DNA of 64,000 nucleotides. Source: Escherichia phage T5. Shown here in pieces: positions 36,741 to 46,441 of this stretch. The notes beneath the pieces are model-generated. The model worked only from the letters and a program-made list of their open reading frames with translations. It had not been told where the DNA came from and ran no database searches. Location of the stretch: sequence record AY692264.1, one strand, 5' to 3'. A program made the position numbers and the translations under genes. The first letter of the stretch is position 1. Each line of letters opens with the position of its first letter.

Positions 36741-36766
36741 GAGGGGCTTCGGCCCCTTTCTTTTTA
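36741..36766 (+). terminator. rho-independent terminator
   Basis: Hairpin GAGGGGC-ttcg-GCCCCTT followed by TCTTTTT. Confidence 0.7.
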
Positions 36767-36770
36767 ATAT

Positions 36771-37748
36771 ATGAGAATATTATTTAGTGCTGATCATCAT
36801 ATCAAACTAGGACAAGATAAAGTTCCAAAGGAATGGCAGAAGCGTCGCTTCCTGATGCTAGGAGAACGGTTAAATGATATATTCCATAATCATAACTGTG
36901 ATCTTCATATTGCTGGTGGTGATATACTTGATGTTGCCGACCCGTCGTCAGAAGAAATAGAACTGCTTGAACAGTTCATGTCAAGACTTGACCATCCAGG
37001 CAAAATTTTTACTGGAAATCATGAAATGTTAACTAAAACCATTTCGTGTCTGTATCATTACGCAGGGGTTATTAATAAAGTAACTAGTGGGAAGTGGGAA
37101 GTAATTACCAAACCATATCGTTCCCCTGAATTTGATATTGTTCCGTATGATGAGATCCATAAAGCTAAGTGGAAACCTCCGGTATCAAAACTATGTTTCA
37201 CGCATGTTCGTGGTGAAATCCCTCCACATGTAAAACCAGAAATTGATCTAACTAAGTACAACTGTTATGATACTGTAATTGCTGGCGATTTACATTCTTA
37301 TACTAATAGCCAGACTATCGGATCTACTAGACTCCTCTACCCAGGGTCTCCATTAACTACATCGTTCCATAGAGAACGCACAAAAGGTACAAATGGTTGC
37401 TTTATTATTGATACCGACACATTAAAAGTAGAATGGATTGAACTAGGTGATTTACCACAACTGATTCGTAAAACAATCGGAGCAGGTGAAGAGATGGAAC
37501 CTAGTGATTATGATCGTGTAGTCTACGAAGTTACTGGTGACGTTGTTCAATTAAAGTCTATCAAAGACTCTGATTTATTAGATAAGAAGATTAACCATCG
37601 AGTTACTAAAGACGCTAAGTTAAATCTTGTTGATCTTGATATGTTAGGTGAACTTGAACTTTACTTCCGTGAAGTCGAGAAGCTATCTCAAGGCGACATT
37701 GATAGAATCTTGGCTAGAGCTGCGAAATATGTCAAAGATTACAATTAA
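36771..37748 (+). CDS. SbcD/Mre11-like nuclease
   Basis: Calcineurin-like phosphoesterase motifs DHH, GGDILD, GNHE. Confidence 0.85.
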   Translation: MRILFSADHHIKLGQDKVPKEWQKRRFLMLGERLNDIFHNHNCDLHIAGGDILDVADPSSEEIELLEQFMSRLDHPGKIFTGNHEMLTKTISCLYHYAGVINKVTSGKWEVITKPYRSPEFDIVPYDEIHKAKWKPPVSKLCFTHVRGEIPPHVKPEIDLTKYNCYDTVIAGDLHSYTNSQTIGSTRLLYPGSPLTTSFHRERTKGTNGCFIIDTDTLKVEWIELGDLPQLIRKTIGAGEEMEPSDYDRVVYEVTGDVVQLKSIKDSDLLDKKINHRVTKDAKLNLVDLDMLGELELYFREVEKLSQGDIDRILARAAKYVKDYN

Positions 37749-39567
37749 GACACTAAAATTTAGTAACGTTATGTCTTACGGTAAGGACATCGTAATTCAT
37801 TTCGATAAGAATCCAGTTACTCAACTAATTGGGGGCAATGGGCTAGGGAAATCCACCATCGCTACGGTTATCGAGGAGTTGTTTTATAACAAGAACTCTC
37901 GAGGTATCAAGAAGGATGCATTGTTCTCTTGGAATGCCCCTAAGAAAGAATACGATATGCACGCTTACTTCTCAAAAGATGAAGATGAGTATGAATTGCA
38001 TAAAGTAGTTAAATCAACTGCTAAAGTTACACTCATTAAGAATGGAGAAGATATTAGTGGGCATACGGCAACCCAAACATATAAGATGATTGAAGAGATT
38101 ATGGGTGGTGACTTTCAAACATTCACCAAACTAATTTATCAATCAGTGGGTTCCAACCTAGATTTTCTAAAAGCAACGGATGCAACACGTAAGGCTTTTC
38201 TTGTTAACTTGTTCAATCAAGAGCAATACAAAGAAATGTCGGAAACTATTAAGGCTGACCGTAAAGAAATAGCAAATACCTTAAATAATTTGCAGGGCCA
38301 GATGGCTGTAATTACGAAAATCCTTAATGGGAAAAATAATCTAGGAACTTTGCAGGAACCTGTAGAAGTACCGGAGTTTGATGAAGAGCCATTAGCACAA
38401 GAACTTACTGAATCGAAAATTAAGGCGGCATTAGCCAAGTCTCAAGAGGCTAATATTACTAAGTTGCGTAATTTGGACAAAGCTGTACAAGTTGCCGAAC
38501 AATCTTTCGAACCTTTCAAAAATTTGCCCGCGCCCACCGACCAAAATGAAGAGATCTCGAGTGTTACGCGTGACCTAACGATTGTGACCTCACGTGCGAG
38601 CGAAGTTAAGAAACGTTATCAGAAGTTCAAGCAAGAGGCTTCAAATACTGAATGTCCTACTTGCGGTACTCATCTGGATACAACTGCTGCTCAAAAAGCC
38701 ATGGATATGGCTAGAGTAGAATATGATCCTCTGTTCAAAGAGAAGCAATCTCTTGAAGCTAAGCTAGAACAGTTGAAGAAAGAACAACTTGAGTACGTTG
38801 CGTATACTAGAGCAAAGGATGCTTTGGATAAAGCAGTGGTAGCTAGAGACGAGTTCAAAAATTCAATGAGTGATGCTTCTTTTGAAGAACTCAATGTGCA
38901 AATCCTACAGGTGCAAATCCGACAATTAGAGCAGGAAATCGCTGATGGCCGTTCTAAGGTTGCAATTGCCAAAGAGCATAATGCAACTGTCGAATTAGCC
39001 AATGCAAAATATAAAGCAAAGCTAGAACAGATTGAGAAAGCAGAAGCAGAAATGACTGAGATTACCTCCAAACTGGATGGAGTATCAGAAGCTGTTGCTG
39101 ATCTCGATATTCTAATTGCTGCATTGAAAAATCTGGTGGGGTATAAACTAGAGCATAGTGTGAAAGTATTTGAAGAGCTAATTAATAAATATCTTTCTAT
39201 TATGACTGGCGGTAAATTCGCACTTGGATTTGAACTTGATGAAACAAAATTACAAGTAGTAATCTTCAATGATGGAAATCGTACCAGTATGGAGAACTGC
39301 TCTACTGGTCAGCAAAGTCGAATTAATCTAGCAACCCTGTTAGCTATTCGGATGCTGTTAACATCTATTAGTAAAGTTAATATTAATCTTCTATTCCTTG
39401 ATGAAGTAATTAGCTTTATTGATACGAAAGGACTTGATACTCTCGTTGAACTATTAAATGAGGAAGAAAGTCTAAATTCTATCATTGTTTCTCATGGGCA
39501 TACGCATCCATTAGCTCATAAGATTACTGTCAAAAAAGATGCAGAAGGATTTTCCTACTTAGAATAA
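37729..39567 (+). CDS. SbcC/Rad50-like ATPase
   Basis: Walker A GGNGLGKST, coiled coil with CPTCG zinc hook, C-terminal LFLDEV; start moved to MSKITIK (track start 37648). Confidence 0.85.
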   Translation: MSKITIKTLKFSNVMSYGKDIVIHFDKNPVTQLIGGNGLGKSTIATVIEELFYNKNSRGIKKDALFSWNAPKKEYDMHAYFSKDEDEYELHKVVKSTAKVTLIKNGEDISGHTATQTYKMIEEIMGGDFQTFTKLIYQSVGSNLDFLKATDATRKAFLVNLFNQEQYKEMSETIKADRKEIANTLNNLQGQMAVITKILNGKNNLGTLQEPVEVPEFDEEPLAQELTESKIKAALAKSQEANITKLRNLDKAVQVAEQSFEPFKNLPAPTDQNEEISSVTRDLTIVTSRASEVKKRYQKFKQEASNTECPTCGTHLDTTAAQKAMDMARVEYDPLFKEKQSLEAKLEQLKKEQLEYVAYTRAKDALDKAVVARDEFKNSMSDASFEELNVQILQVQIRQLEQEIADGRSKVAIAKEHNATVELANAKYKAKLEQIEKAEAEMTEITSKLDGVSEAVADLDILIAALKNLVGYKLEHSVKVFEELINKYLSIMTGGKFALGFELDETKLQVVIFNDGNRTSMENCSTGQQSRINLATLLAIRMLLTSISKVNINLLFLDEVISFIDTKGLDTLVELLNEEESLNSIIVSHGHTHPLAHKITVKKDAEGFSYLE

Positions 39568-39570
39568 AAC

Positions 39571-40053
39571 ATGGCTGTAGATAGTAGAGAGAAAGGTAAA
39601 CGTGGAGAATATCAGGTAAGAGATATTCTACGTGAGCGTACAGGTCTTGAGTGGGAACGTGTTCCTGGCTCTGGTGCTTTTGGCCAGAGCCACGGACTGA
39701 AAGGTGACATCTACCTTCCACCACAAAGTGGACACATTAGTAAATACTGCTTCGAAGTTAAGTGGTATAAAGATGATAATATATCAAGTAATTTATTTAA
39801 TGTTGGTGAATCCACTCTAGAGAAGTGGTGGCAGCAGTGCTCACGTGAAGGTGAGCAGATGAACTCCAAACCTGCATTAATATTCAAAAAAGACAGAGGA
39901 CAGTGGTTAATAGCTTTGGATAGCTCAGACCCGATGGTTGACAACTTAATGAGTCGTACCCATATGGTGTTAAATAAGAAAGACATGGAAATCGTAATTG
40001 GTTTATTTGAGCCGTGGCTACATCATGCATCTGTTGAGGACTTAATTAAATAA
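39571..40053 (+). CDS. PD-(D/E)xK nuclease, possible Holliday-junction resolvase
   Basis: 160 aa; candidate D...E.K catalytic pattern (GDIYL...FEVKW). Confidence 0.5.
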   Translation: MAVDSREKGKRGEYQVRDILRERTGLEWERVPGSGAFGQSHGLKGDIYLPPQSGHISKYCFEVKWYKDDNISSNLFNVGESTLEKWWQQCSREGEQMNSKPALIFKKDRGQWLIALDSSDPMVDNLMSRTHMVLNKKDMEIVIGLFEPWLHHASVEDLIK

Positions 40054-40928
40054 TGAGTAAATCCTGGGGAAAATTTATTGAAGAAGAGGAAGCTGAAATG
40101 GCTTCCCGTCGTAATCTAATGATTGTCGATGGAACTAACTTAGGCTTTCGCTTCAAACATAACAATAGTAAAAAACCATTTGCCTCAAGTTATGTTTCAA
40201 CTATTCAATCTCTGGCAAAATCCTACTCTGCCAGAACTACGATTGTTCTAGGTGATAAGGGAAAATCTGTATTTCGTCTAGAACATCTACCAGAGTATAA
40301 AGGTAATCGTGATGAAAAGTACGCACAACGTACGGAAGAGGAGAAAGCGCTAGATGAGCAGTTCTTTGAGTATTTGAAGGATGCTTTCGAGTTGTGTAAA
40401 ACTACATTCCCAACTTTTACCATTCGTGGTGTAGAAGCAGACGATATGGCAGCTTATATTGTTAAGCTCATCGGGCATCTTTATGATCACGTTTGGCTAA
40501 TATCTACAGATGGTGACTGGGATACTTTATTAACGGATAAAGTTTCTCGTTTTTCTTTCACAACACGTCGTGAGTATCATCTTCGTGATATGTATGAACA
40601 TCATAATGTTGATGATGTTGAGCAGTTTATCTCCCTGAAAGCAATTATGGGAGATCTAGGAGATAATATTCGTGGTGTTGAAGGAATAGGAGCAAAACGC
40701 GGATATAATATTATTCGTGAGTTTGGTAACGTACTGGATATTATTGATCAGCTTCCACTGCCTGGAAAGCAGAAATATATACAGAACCTGAATGCATCGG
40801 AAGAACTGCTTTTCCGAAACTTGATTCTGGTTGATTTACCTACCTACTGTGTGGATGCTATTGCTGCTGTAGGTCAAGATGTGTTAGATAAGTTTACAAA
40901 AGATATTTTGGAGATTGCAGAACAATGA
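40053..40928 (+). CDS. flap endonuclease / 5'-3' exonuclease (T5 D15-like)
   Basis: 291 aa; N-terminal LMIVDGTNLGFRF FEN motif. Confidence 0.9.
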   Translation: MSKSWGKFIEEEEAEMASRRNLMIVDGTNLGFRFKHNNSKKPFASSYVSTIQSLAKSYSARTTIVLGDKGKSVFRLEHLPEYKGNRDEKYAQRTEEEKALDEQFFEYLKDAFELCKTTFPTFTIRGVEADDMAAYIVKLIGHLYDHVWLISTDGDWDTLLTDKVSRFSFTTRREYHLRDMYEHHNVDDVEQFISLKAIMGDLGDNIRGVEGIGAKRGYNIIREFGNVLDIIDQLPLPGKQKYIQNLNASEELLFRNLILVDLPTYCVDAIAAVGQDVLDKFTKDILEIAEQ

Positions 40929-41371
40929 TTAAAATTAAGTTAACTCATCCAGATTGTATGCCTAAGATTGGATCTGAAGATGCCGCAGGTATGGATCTGC
41001 GAGCATTCTTTGGTACTAATCCTGCAGCGGATTTACGAGCTATTGCACCAGGCAAATCCCTAATGATTGACACCGGTGTTGCGGTAGAAATTCCGCGAGG
41101 TTGGTTCGGTTTGGTGGTTCCTCGTAGCTCTTTAGGTAAGCGCCATTTGATGATCGCAAACACCGCAGGAGTGATCGACTCAGACTATCGTGGTACTATT
41201 AAGATGAACCTCTATAATTATGGTTCTGAAATGCAAACTCTAGAGAATTTCGAAAGACTTTGTCAGTTGGTAGTGCTACCACATTATTCAACCCATAACT
41301 TTAAAATCGTTGACGAACTAGAGGAGACTATTCGTGGAGAAGGCGGATTTGGAAGTTCAGGAAGCAAATAA
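40925..41371 (+). CDS. dut: dUTPase
   Basis: 148 aa; motifs AAGMDLRA and RSSLGKR. Confidence 0.85.
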   Translation: MIKIKLTHPDCMPKIGSEDAAGMDLRAFFGTNPAADLRAIAPGKSLMIDTGVAVEIPRGWFGLVVPRSSLGKRHLMIANTAGVIDSDYRGTIKMNLYNYGSEMQTLENFERLCQLVVLPHYSTHNFKIVDELEETIRGEGGFGSSGSK

Positions 41372-41597
41372 TTTTACTGATCCTAATATAGTAGGTACTG
41401 ATACTAGTACACCAACTTATCAGACTAAAACTACAGAACCAGAAACGTTTGTACTAAAAACAGACAAAGAAGGTAATGTTACTTTCTGGGATCCTGAAGG
41501 TTTTGTAGAGCTTTGTACTAATACAGATAATGATCAGTTAAAATTACTACTAACTATTTATAATCTTGGTATTATAGAAGGTTGTAGAAGTGAATAA
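41334..41597 (+). CDS. hypothetical protein (87 aa)
   Basis: ORF overlapping dut 3' end; followed by a strong terminator. Confidence 0.35.
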   Translation: MEKADLEVQEANNFTDPNIVGTDTSTPTYQTKTTEPETFVLKTDKEGNVTFWDPEGFVELCTNTDNDQLKLLLTIYNLGIIEGCRSE

Positions 41598-41605
41598 TAG
41601 AAAAA

Positions 41606-41641
41606 CCCCAGTGGACAAAATCCACTGGGGTTTCTTTTTTA
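41606..41641 (+). terminator. rho-independent terminator ending the plus-strand early module
   Basis: Hairpin CCCCAGTGGA-caaaa-TCCACTGGGG followed by TTTCTTTTTT. Confidence 0.75.
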
Positions 41642-41801
41642 TTAAACCTTACTAGCAAGTAAAGAATTAACTACTTGGGTTAAGTCTGCTATTTGCTTTT
41701 TAAAATCTCTATTAGACAATTAGCTGAGTGTTTGTCATATAATATTGCTATTGAATACCTAGCTCGATGATGTTTCCCTGTAAAATGCTATGTGAAAATA
41801 A

Positions 41802-41827
41802 AGGGGCCTAATGACCCCTCTTTTTTA
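41802..41827. terminator. hairpin usable as terminator in both orientations
   Basis: AGGGG-cctaatga-CCCCT with TCTTTTTT on plus strand and TTATTTTC on minus strand; lies just after the ltf stop. Confidence 0.5.
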
Positions 41828-44800
41828 CATACCTAATTTATCCTCAATTGCAGATAACCTCGCTTCAAATCCTTTTGCGATAAAAAGGTTTAACTCTTCA
41901 AGGCGGAATGAGTAATGATCGCCAGCCGGGATTGTTTTGTAGATCGGGTTTTCAGTTCCATCTTCATTTGCAGGGCCGTATTCAGAAACAACCGTATGTT
42001 CATCCCATTTGTCATAGCAGATGAAACCATATTTGAACGGATCAAGCCCAAAACTTTCCATGATCTCAATTGCACGCTGCACGGTCAAACCGCAGTGTTC
42101 GCGAATATCATTCATGTCAGCTTGCTCCTTCCACGTCCAAAACCCAATCTCCTTCGCAATAGCTTTGGCCGCTTCGGTTTCAGGATCGCTCATGGCTCGA
42201 ACATCGTTCTTCAATCTAGCATCGGAGGTGTTAATTGTACCATTTACGGCGTAAACCTGCTTAACCCTACCAGATCCCCAGCCTAAGTTATATCTGTTAT
42301 CTGCCATCGGCATTAACGTTCCGTTATGGTCAACCCCCCACCGTGGGAGACGAGAGATGCTTCCAGACTCACATGTCTCCAACACAACCTGTGTTGGCGT
42401 TGAAGTTGGACCCCACCCCCCAGCGGACTTAATTGCTACACTACCACGCATTGAGTCGAACTTCTCTCCATCATGACCAGACGCACCAATATAGAAAGTC
42501 GAACCGGGTTGTGTAGCGCCAATATATCGCGTCGTATCTGCTAGACTACCCTCACACCACATAGCTCGAATAGCTGGCGCCGAGGCCCCAGAACCACGTG
42601 GCGCAATCAAGTCAATCTCTGGTGCCTGGGGTGCAACAATTTTCAGCCCTCGTCCATCCTGTATACTCGGGGCGTTAAACCTAGGCACAGCAGCATTTAG
42701 TGTTTCAATGCTACGCACCAACCCAAGATCTGAGTGCATAGCTCCATCTGGAACTAGCCAAAGATCTCCATTATCTGACAGTCTGAATGCCGGAACCCTA
42801 TCGCTAATCGTCTTACCTTTAGGAGTGACAAGTAAACGAATCCACCCCCCGTGATTGGTTGCCGATGTATCGCCAGCCCCCAGGAAATGCAATGCTGCAT
42901 TGCTATGTTCAGTATATGTAGAACCTAACCACGGGCGTGAACCATAACCACCTAAAAGCTGGTTGTTCTTCGTTACGCTATTGGACGCTCCGCGAGTGTA
43001 GTTATGGAACACGGCAGAACCTCCAGCCGTATTCTCAATACCAAAAGAACACTCCGTTGCGCTATCGCCGATAAAGTTAACGCCAATCCCGGTTGTCGCG
43101 GTTGTCTCCTTCAGTGGTAAGCTCTGTGACGCGGTAACATCAATCTCTTTGCTATTGACACCACCCTTAACAACCAAATCACCATTTGGTGAAAGAATCA
43201 TCTGACCTTCCGATATCCCATCACCATTTGGTCGAAAATATATCATTTGACCAGCTTTTGCGCTAATGATTGGAGAGCCTGCATTGTTGCAACGAATTGC
43301 CGCACCTTGACCAAATGAGATTTTTGTGTCTCCAGCGCTGGCCGATGTGCAAGAAATTTCAACCTGGTTATCTAGCGACGTTGCCCCCGCTGGACGAAGC
43401 TGCAATAGTCTATCAGTTCCGCCAGAGGAAGATAAAATCAATCTACCTTCACCACCTTCACGAACTATAGAGCCGCGACCAATTACGATCCCCTTATCAG
43501 ACGATGGCATTTTTGATGTAGCGCCGCCACCAACACCGAGGTTTCCGTTCAGAACGCCAGCGCCACCAACCGAAAGCTCATTACCAGACAGGCGACCTGA
43601 TACGCTCATTGACTTAACACTCACATCTTGGTTCATGCCGCTGACAACAGACTCACGCCAGGCTGACCACGTGCCATTGCTACAATAACGTGTAAACTCA
43701 CGATTTAAGTCAGTGCCAAAAAGTCGCTGGCGGTTAGTGAAATCAGTGTCACCCACTTTGCGGATTGACTCGACGTAAAGAATGAAGTTACCACCTATTC
43801 CGCTTGGCTTGTTGGTAATGTTGTTGCCGCCACCAGCACTAACGCACTGGTAAACACGAATCGACCCGGGATCGCTTTTCTTAATCATCAAGGAGTTAAG
43901 ATCAAGTTCCTGGTCACTAATGTTTTTAGCCTCCCAAGGTCCGGCGAATCCATTAGTAAAATCCATTAGCCCAGCAACAGAGAAACCAGCATCCATCATC
44001 TTGCGCGTTACAATCTTGCTGTTTTGTTTATGATCAGGATTCTCACCAAAAGCTAGATCTCCATCAATATCAATACCTAGAAGCTTTGCGTTCATGTTAT
44101 TGAGCTTGAATCCAACCGACACATTAGAATCTGAGTCGCGCACTAACATGATGGGCGTATGTTGCTTACCACTGACTCGCAGGTTTGTAGCAGCTGTGTT
44201 TGTGTCATCGTTGGAAAATTCAGCAGTCCGAGATGAGATCTTATAACTGATCTTTGCATCTTTCGCTTCGATTCGCCCATCGTGACGCACGATAAAATCT
44301 CCAGTACTGGTGCCGTCGGAAGTCTTAGCCCTGATGTGGATTTCGCCAAGTGAGCCATTGTTTGGTGGTGACCAAATAACACCGCGCTCGCCTCCGTCGT
44401 TGTTCATGAACCACAGATGGGCGTTTCCTTGTGTTGATTTTAACCTGATAGACGGCGTTTCTTTCCGTATATCAAGATCACCTGACATAACATCGCCTGC
44501 TTTTTTCACCTGCGCATCGTTAGTTACGTTGCCAAGTCCAACGTCCGATTTCGACGGTTTGTTTGCCGTGCCGTAGAGAGTGTTGGCGTAAACAATGTCA
44601 CTTGCAAGGTTGCGGTCAGTGGTTGCTAGCACCTTAACGATTCCAGTGTTGTACTGCACGTTAATTGCAGCATGGGTATCTCCGCAATGAGAGTAAAAGC
44701 CAGAACCGTGATCGTTAATATCAACGTTTGCACCTGATTCGCGAGCCGCTCGCCAGTATTGACCGCCATTAGCTTTAAGCTTGTTGATCAAGTCTACGTT

Positions 44801-46015
44801 GCTCTGCACGGAGCTATAGGAAAGACCGTTACCGCCAAGACCGAAAGCGCCTACAAGCATAGCATTTTCAAGGCCCAAGTCTGCCTTAGTAGGCTTATTT
44901 ACCTGGTCGTAAATCCTTGCGGCTAGGCTTTCAATAAATCCTGATGGTTGAGTATCTTGACTAACAAATCCTTCTGGAATGTATAATTCAGTCCTGCCAG
45001 TCTGTGCCAGTACTGCAACCCTTGTTTCTTTAATAAAGGCTCGCTGATAGCACCAGACTTCGAAATAGCCATCACCTTCTACAAGGCCGTAACGCAGTTG
45101 GTTATCCCAGGCAAGGTTTGGTGAACCGAGTCGGCGAACACTTAAAAATTTAGTTATATTTTCACTGGTTACCCCTCTTGCATCGTTAAGACCGCGAGCA
45201 GATATCTCTACAAAGTCAATATTACCGTAACTTGAACCGTAGTTACCGCCATTTGTAATCATTAGCGTTAGGTGACAGCTTACTGCACCTGGATCGGTAA
45301 GTTTAGCTATCTTGACGTAAACGCTATTGTTGTTTGTACCGACGGGCCAGTCGTATTGCGTTACTGGGCTTACGAGTTCACTTGCCATATCGAGATATTC
45401 TTTCGCCTTATTCTCTGACGTTTTGGCATTGGTTTCGCTTGTTTTTGCTGCTGTCTCGCTTTTCTTTGCATTGGTTTCTGATGTTTTTGCTGCTGTGGCA
45501 GAGTTTGCAGCCGCTGTTTTTGATGCATCCGCCGCCTGAGCGCTATTACCAGCATTTGTTTCAGATGTTTTTGCGGCCCTCGCGGAATTTTCTGCCGCCG
45601 TTGCAAAGGAAGATGCGCTACTAGCACTTGATGCTGCGTTCGTTTCTGAAGTTTTTGCAGCATTTTTACTATTATTGGCGTTAGTCTCGGAAGTTTTTGC
45701 AGCTTTAGCACTATTAGCAGAAGCAGTAGCAGAGGAGGCAGACTGAGTTGCAGATTGCTGAGAAGATGTTGCGGAAATTTCTGCCTCATTCTCAGAATCT
45801 TTGGCATTTAACTCTGATTGCTTAGCATTAATTTCAGACTGCTTAGCTGCAGCAGCGGATGCTTTAGAAGACTCTATCGCAGAGGTTAGCTCTGCAGCAG
45901 TAATAGAGCTAATGGAATTAGAAAGCACAACTGTATACTTAGGATATTTACTTGCAGTTATACTATTCTGGTCCATAGTGACCATTTGCTGTAGAATTAT
46001 TTTAGTTATAGCCAT
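41825..46015 (-). CDS. ltf: L-shaped tail fiber protein (T5 pb1-like) with C-terminal intramolecular chaperone
   Basis: 1396 aa; N-terminal Ala/Ser/Thr-rich tandem repeats (AAKTSETNA...); C-terminal S74-type autoproteolytic region around SDARLKNDV. Confidence 0.85.
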   Translation of the reverse strand: MAITKIILQQMVTMDQNSITASKYPKYTVVLSNSISSITAAELTSAIESSKASAAAAKQSEINAKQSELNAKDSENEAEISATSSQQSATQSASSATASANSAKAAKTSETNANNSKNAAKTSETNAASSASSASSFATAAENSARAAKTSETNAGNSAQAADASKTAAANSATAAKTSETNAKKSETAAKTSETNAKTSENKAKEYLDMASELVSPVTQYDWPVGTNNNSVYVKIAKLTDPGAVSCHLTLMITNGGNYGSSYGNIDFVEISARGLNDARGVTSENITKFLSVRRLGSPNLAWDNQLRYGLVEGDGYFEVWCYQRAFIKETRVAVLAQTGRTELYIPEGFVSQDTQPSGFIESLAARIYDQVNKPTKADLGLENAMLVGAFGLGGNGLSYSSVQSNVDLINKLKANGGQYWRAARESGANVDINDHGSGFYSHCGDTHAAINVQYNTGIVKVLATTDRNLASDIVYANTLYGTANKPSKSDVGLGNVTNDAQVKKAGDVMSGDLDIRKETPSIRLKSTQGNAHLWFMNNDGGERGVIWSPPNNGSLGEIHIRAKTSDGTSTGDFIVRHDGRIEAKDAKISYKISSRTAEFSNDDTNTAATNLRVSGKQHTPIMLVRDSDSNVSVGFKLNNMNAKLLGIDIDGDLAFGENPDHKQNSKIVTRKMMDAGFSVAGLMDFTNGFAGPWEAKNISDQELDLNSLMIKKSDPGSIRVYQCVSAGGGNNITNKPSGIGGNFILYVESIRKVGDTDFTNRQRLFGTDLNREFTRYCSNGTWSAWRESVVSGMNQDVSVKSMSVSGRLSGNELSVGGAGVLNGNLGVGGGATSKMPSSDKGIVIGRGSIVREGGEGRLILSSSGGTDRLLQLRPAGATSLDNQVEISCTSASAGDTKISFGQGAAIRCNNAGSPIISAKAGQMIYFRPNGDGISEGQMILSPNGDLVVKGGVNSKEIDVTASQSLPLKETTATTGIGVNFIGDSATECSFGIENTAGGSAVFHNYTRGASNSVTKNNQLLGGYGSRPWLGSTYTEHSNAALHFLGAGDTSATNHGGWIRLLVTPKGKTISDRVPAFRLSDNGDLWLVPDGAMHSDLGLVRSIETLNAAVPRFNAPSIQDGRGLKIVAPQAPEIDLIAPRGSGASAPAIRAMWCEGSLADTTRYIGATQPGSTFYIGASGHDGEKFDSMRGSVAIKSAGGWGPTSTPTQVVLETCESGSISRLPRWGVDHNGTLMPMADNRYNLGWGSGRVKQVYAVNGTINTSDARLKNDVRAMSDPETEAAKAIAKEIGFWTWKEQADMNDIREHCGLTVQRAIEIMESFGLDPFKYGFICYDKWDEHTVVSEYGPANEDGTENPIYKTIPAGDHYSFRLEELNLFIAKGFEARLSAIEDKLGM
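45390..45760 (-). repeat. tandem in-frame repeats encoding the Ala/Ser/Thr-rich N-terminal segment of the tail fiber
   Basis: Repeated AAKTSETNA-type peptide units and recurring TTTTTGC(A/T)GC DNA units; spurious alternate-frame ORFs arise here. Confidence 0.5.
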
Positions 46016-46437
46016 TATTGAGTTACTCCATCACTAATATAAACCTTGCCTTCCATAATACGGAAAGAACTAGCAGCACTACCAACAGCTGTTCTAGTAA
46101 TAATTACATCATAGTATCCAGCCAATCTCTGTCTAGGGTTATATCTATCTCTTTCTTTGGATGCTTTGGAAGCAATAGTAGTTACAGCACTAACAGGTAG
46201 GCTTATAGATGCTACACCTTGTGCAGCATCAACAATAGCTGTAGTAAAAGATGCTACAGTTTCAGCCCCATCTTCCAAGCTGCTTTTAATACTCCCTCTA
46301 AGAGAGAAATCAGTAAGATCTACTGGTTTGGATGTAGATGGGTAAACACTATCATCTACGTCCATAAATTGCATAAGTAAACCATAAGGTACGTTCTCGT
46401 CTACCACTAAATCAATAACTCTATTTTCTGTACTCAT
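46015..46437 (-). CDS. tail collar / fiber-attachment protein (T5 p132-like)
   Basis: 140 aa; position between ltf and the tip proteins. Confidence 0.55.
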
Positions 46438-46441
46438 TATT

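Noticed and set aside
38691-39269. 192-aa minus-strand ORF inside the SbcC-like gene
   Set aside because: Antisense to a well-supported CDS; Ser/Cys-rich low-complexity translation.
45334-45807. Alternate-frame ORFs (45334..45624 plus, 45370..45807 minus) in the tail fiber repeat region
   Set aside because: Artefacts of the repetitive N-terminal fiber coding sequence; the track also lists several short plus-strand ORFs elsewhere inside the late genes (e.g. 53967..54221, 55065..55352) that I reject for the same antisense reason.
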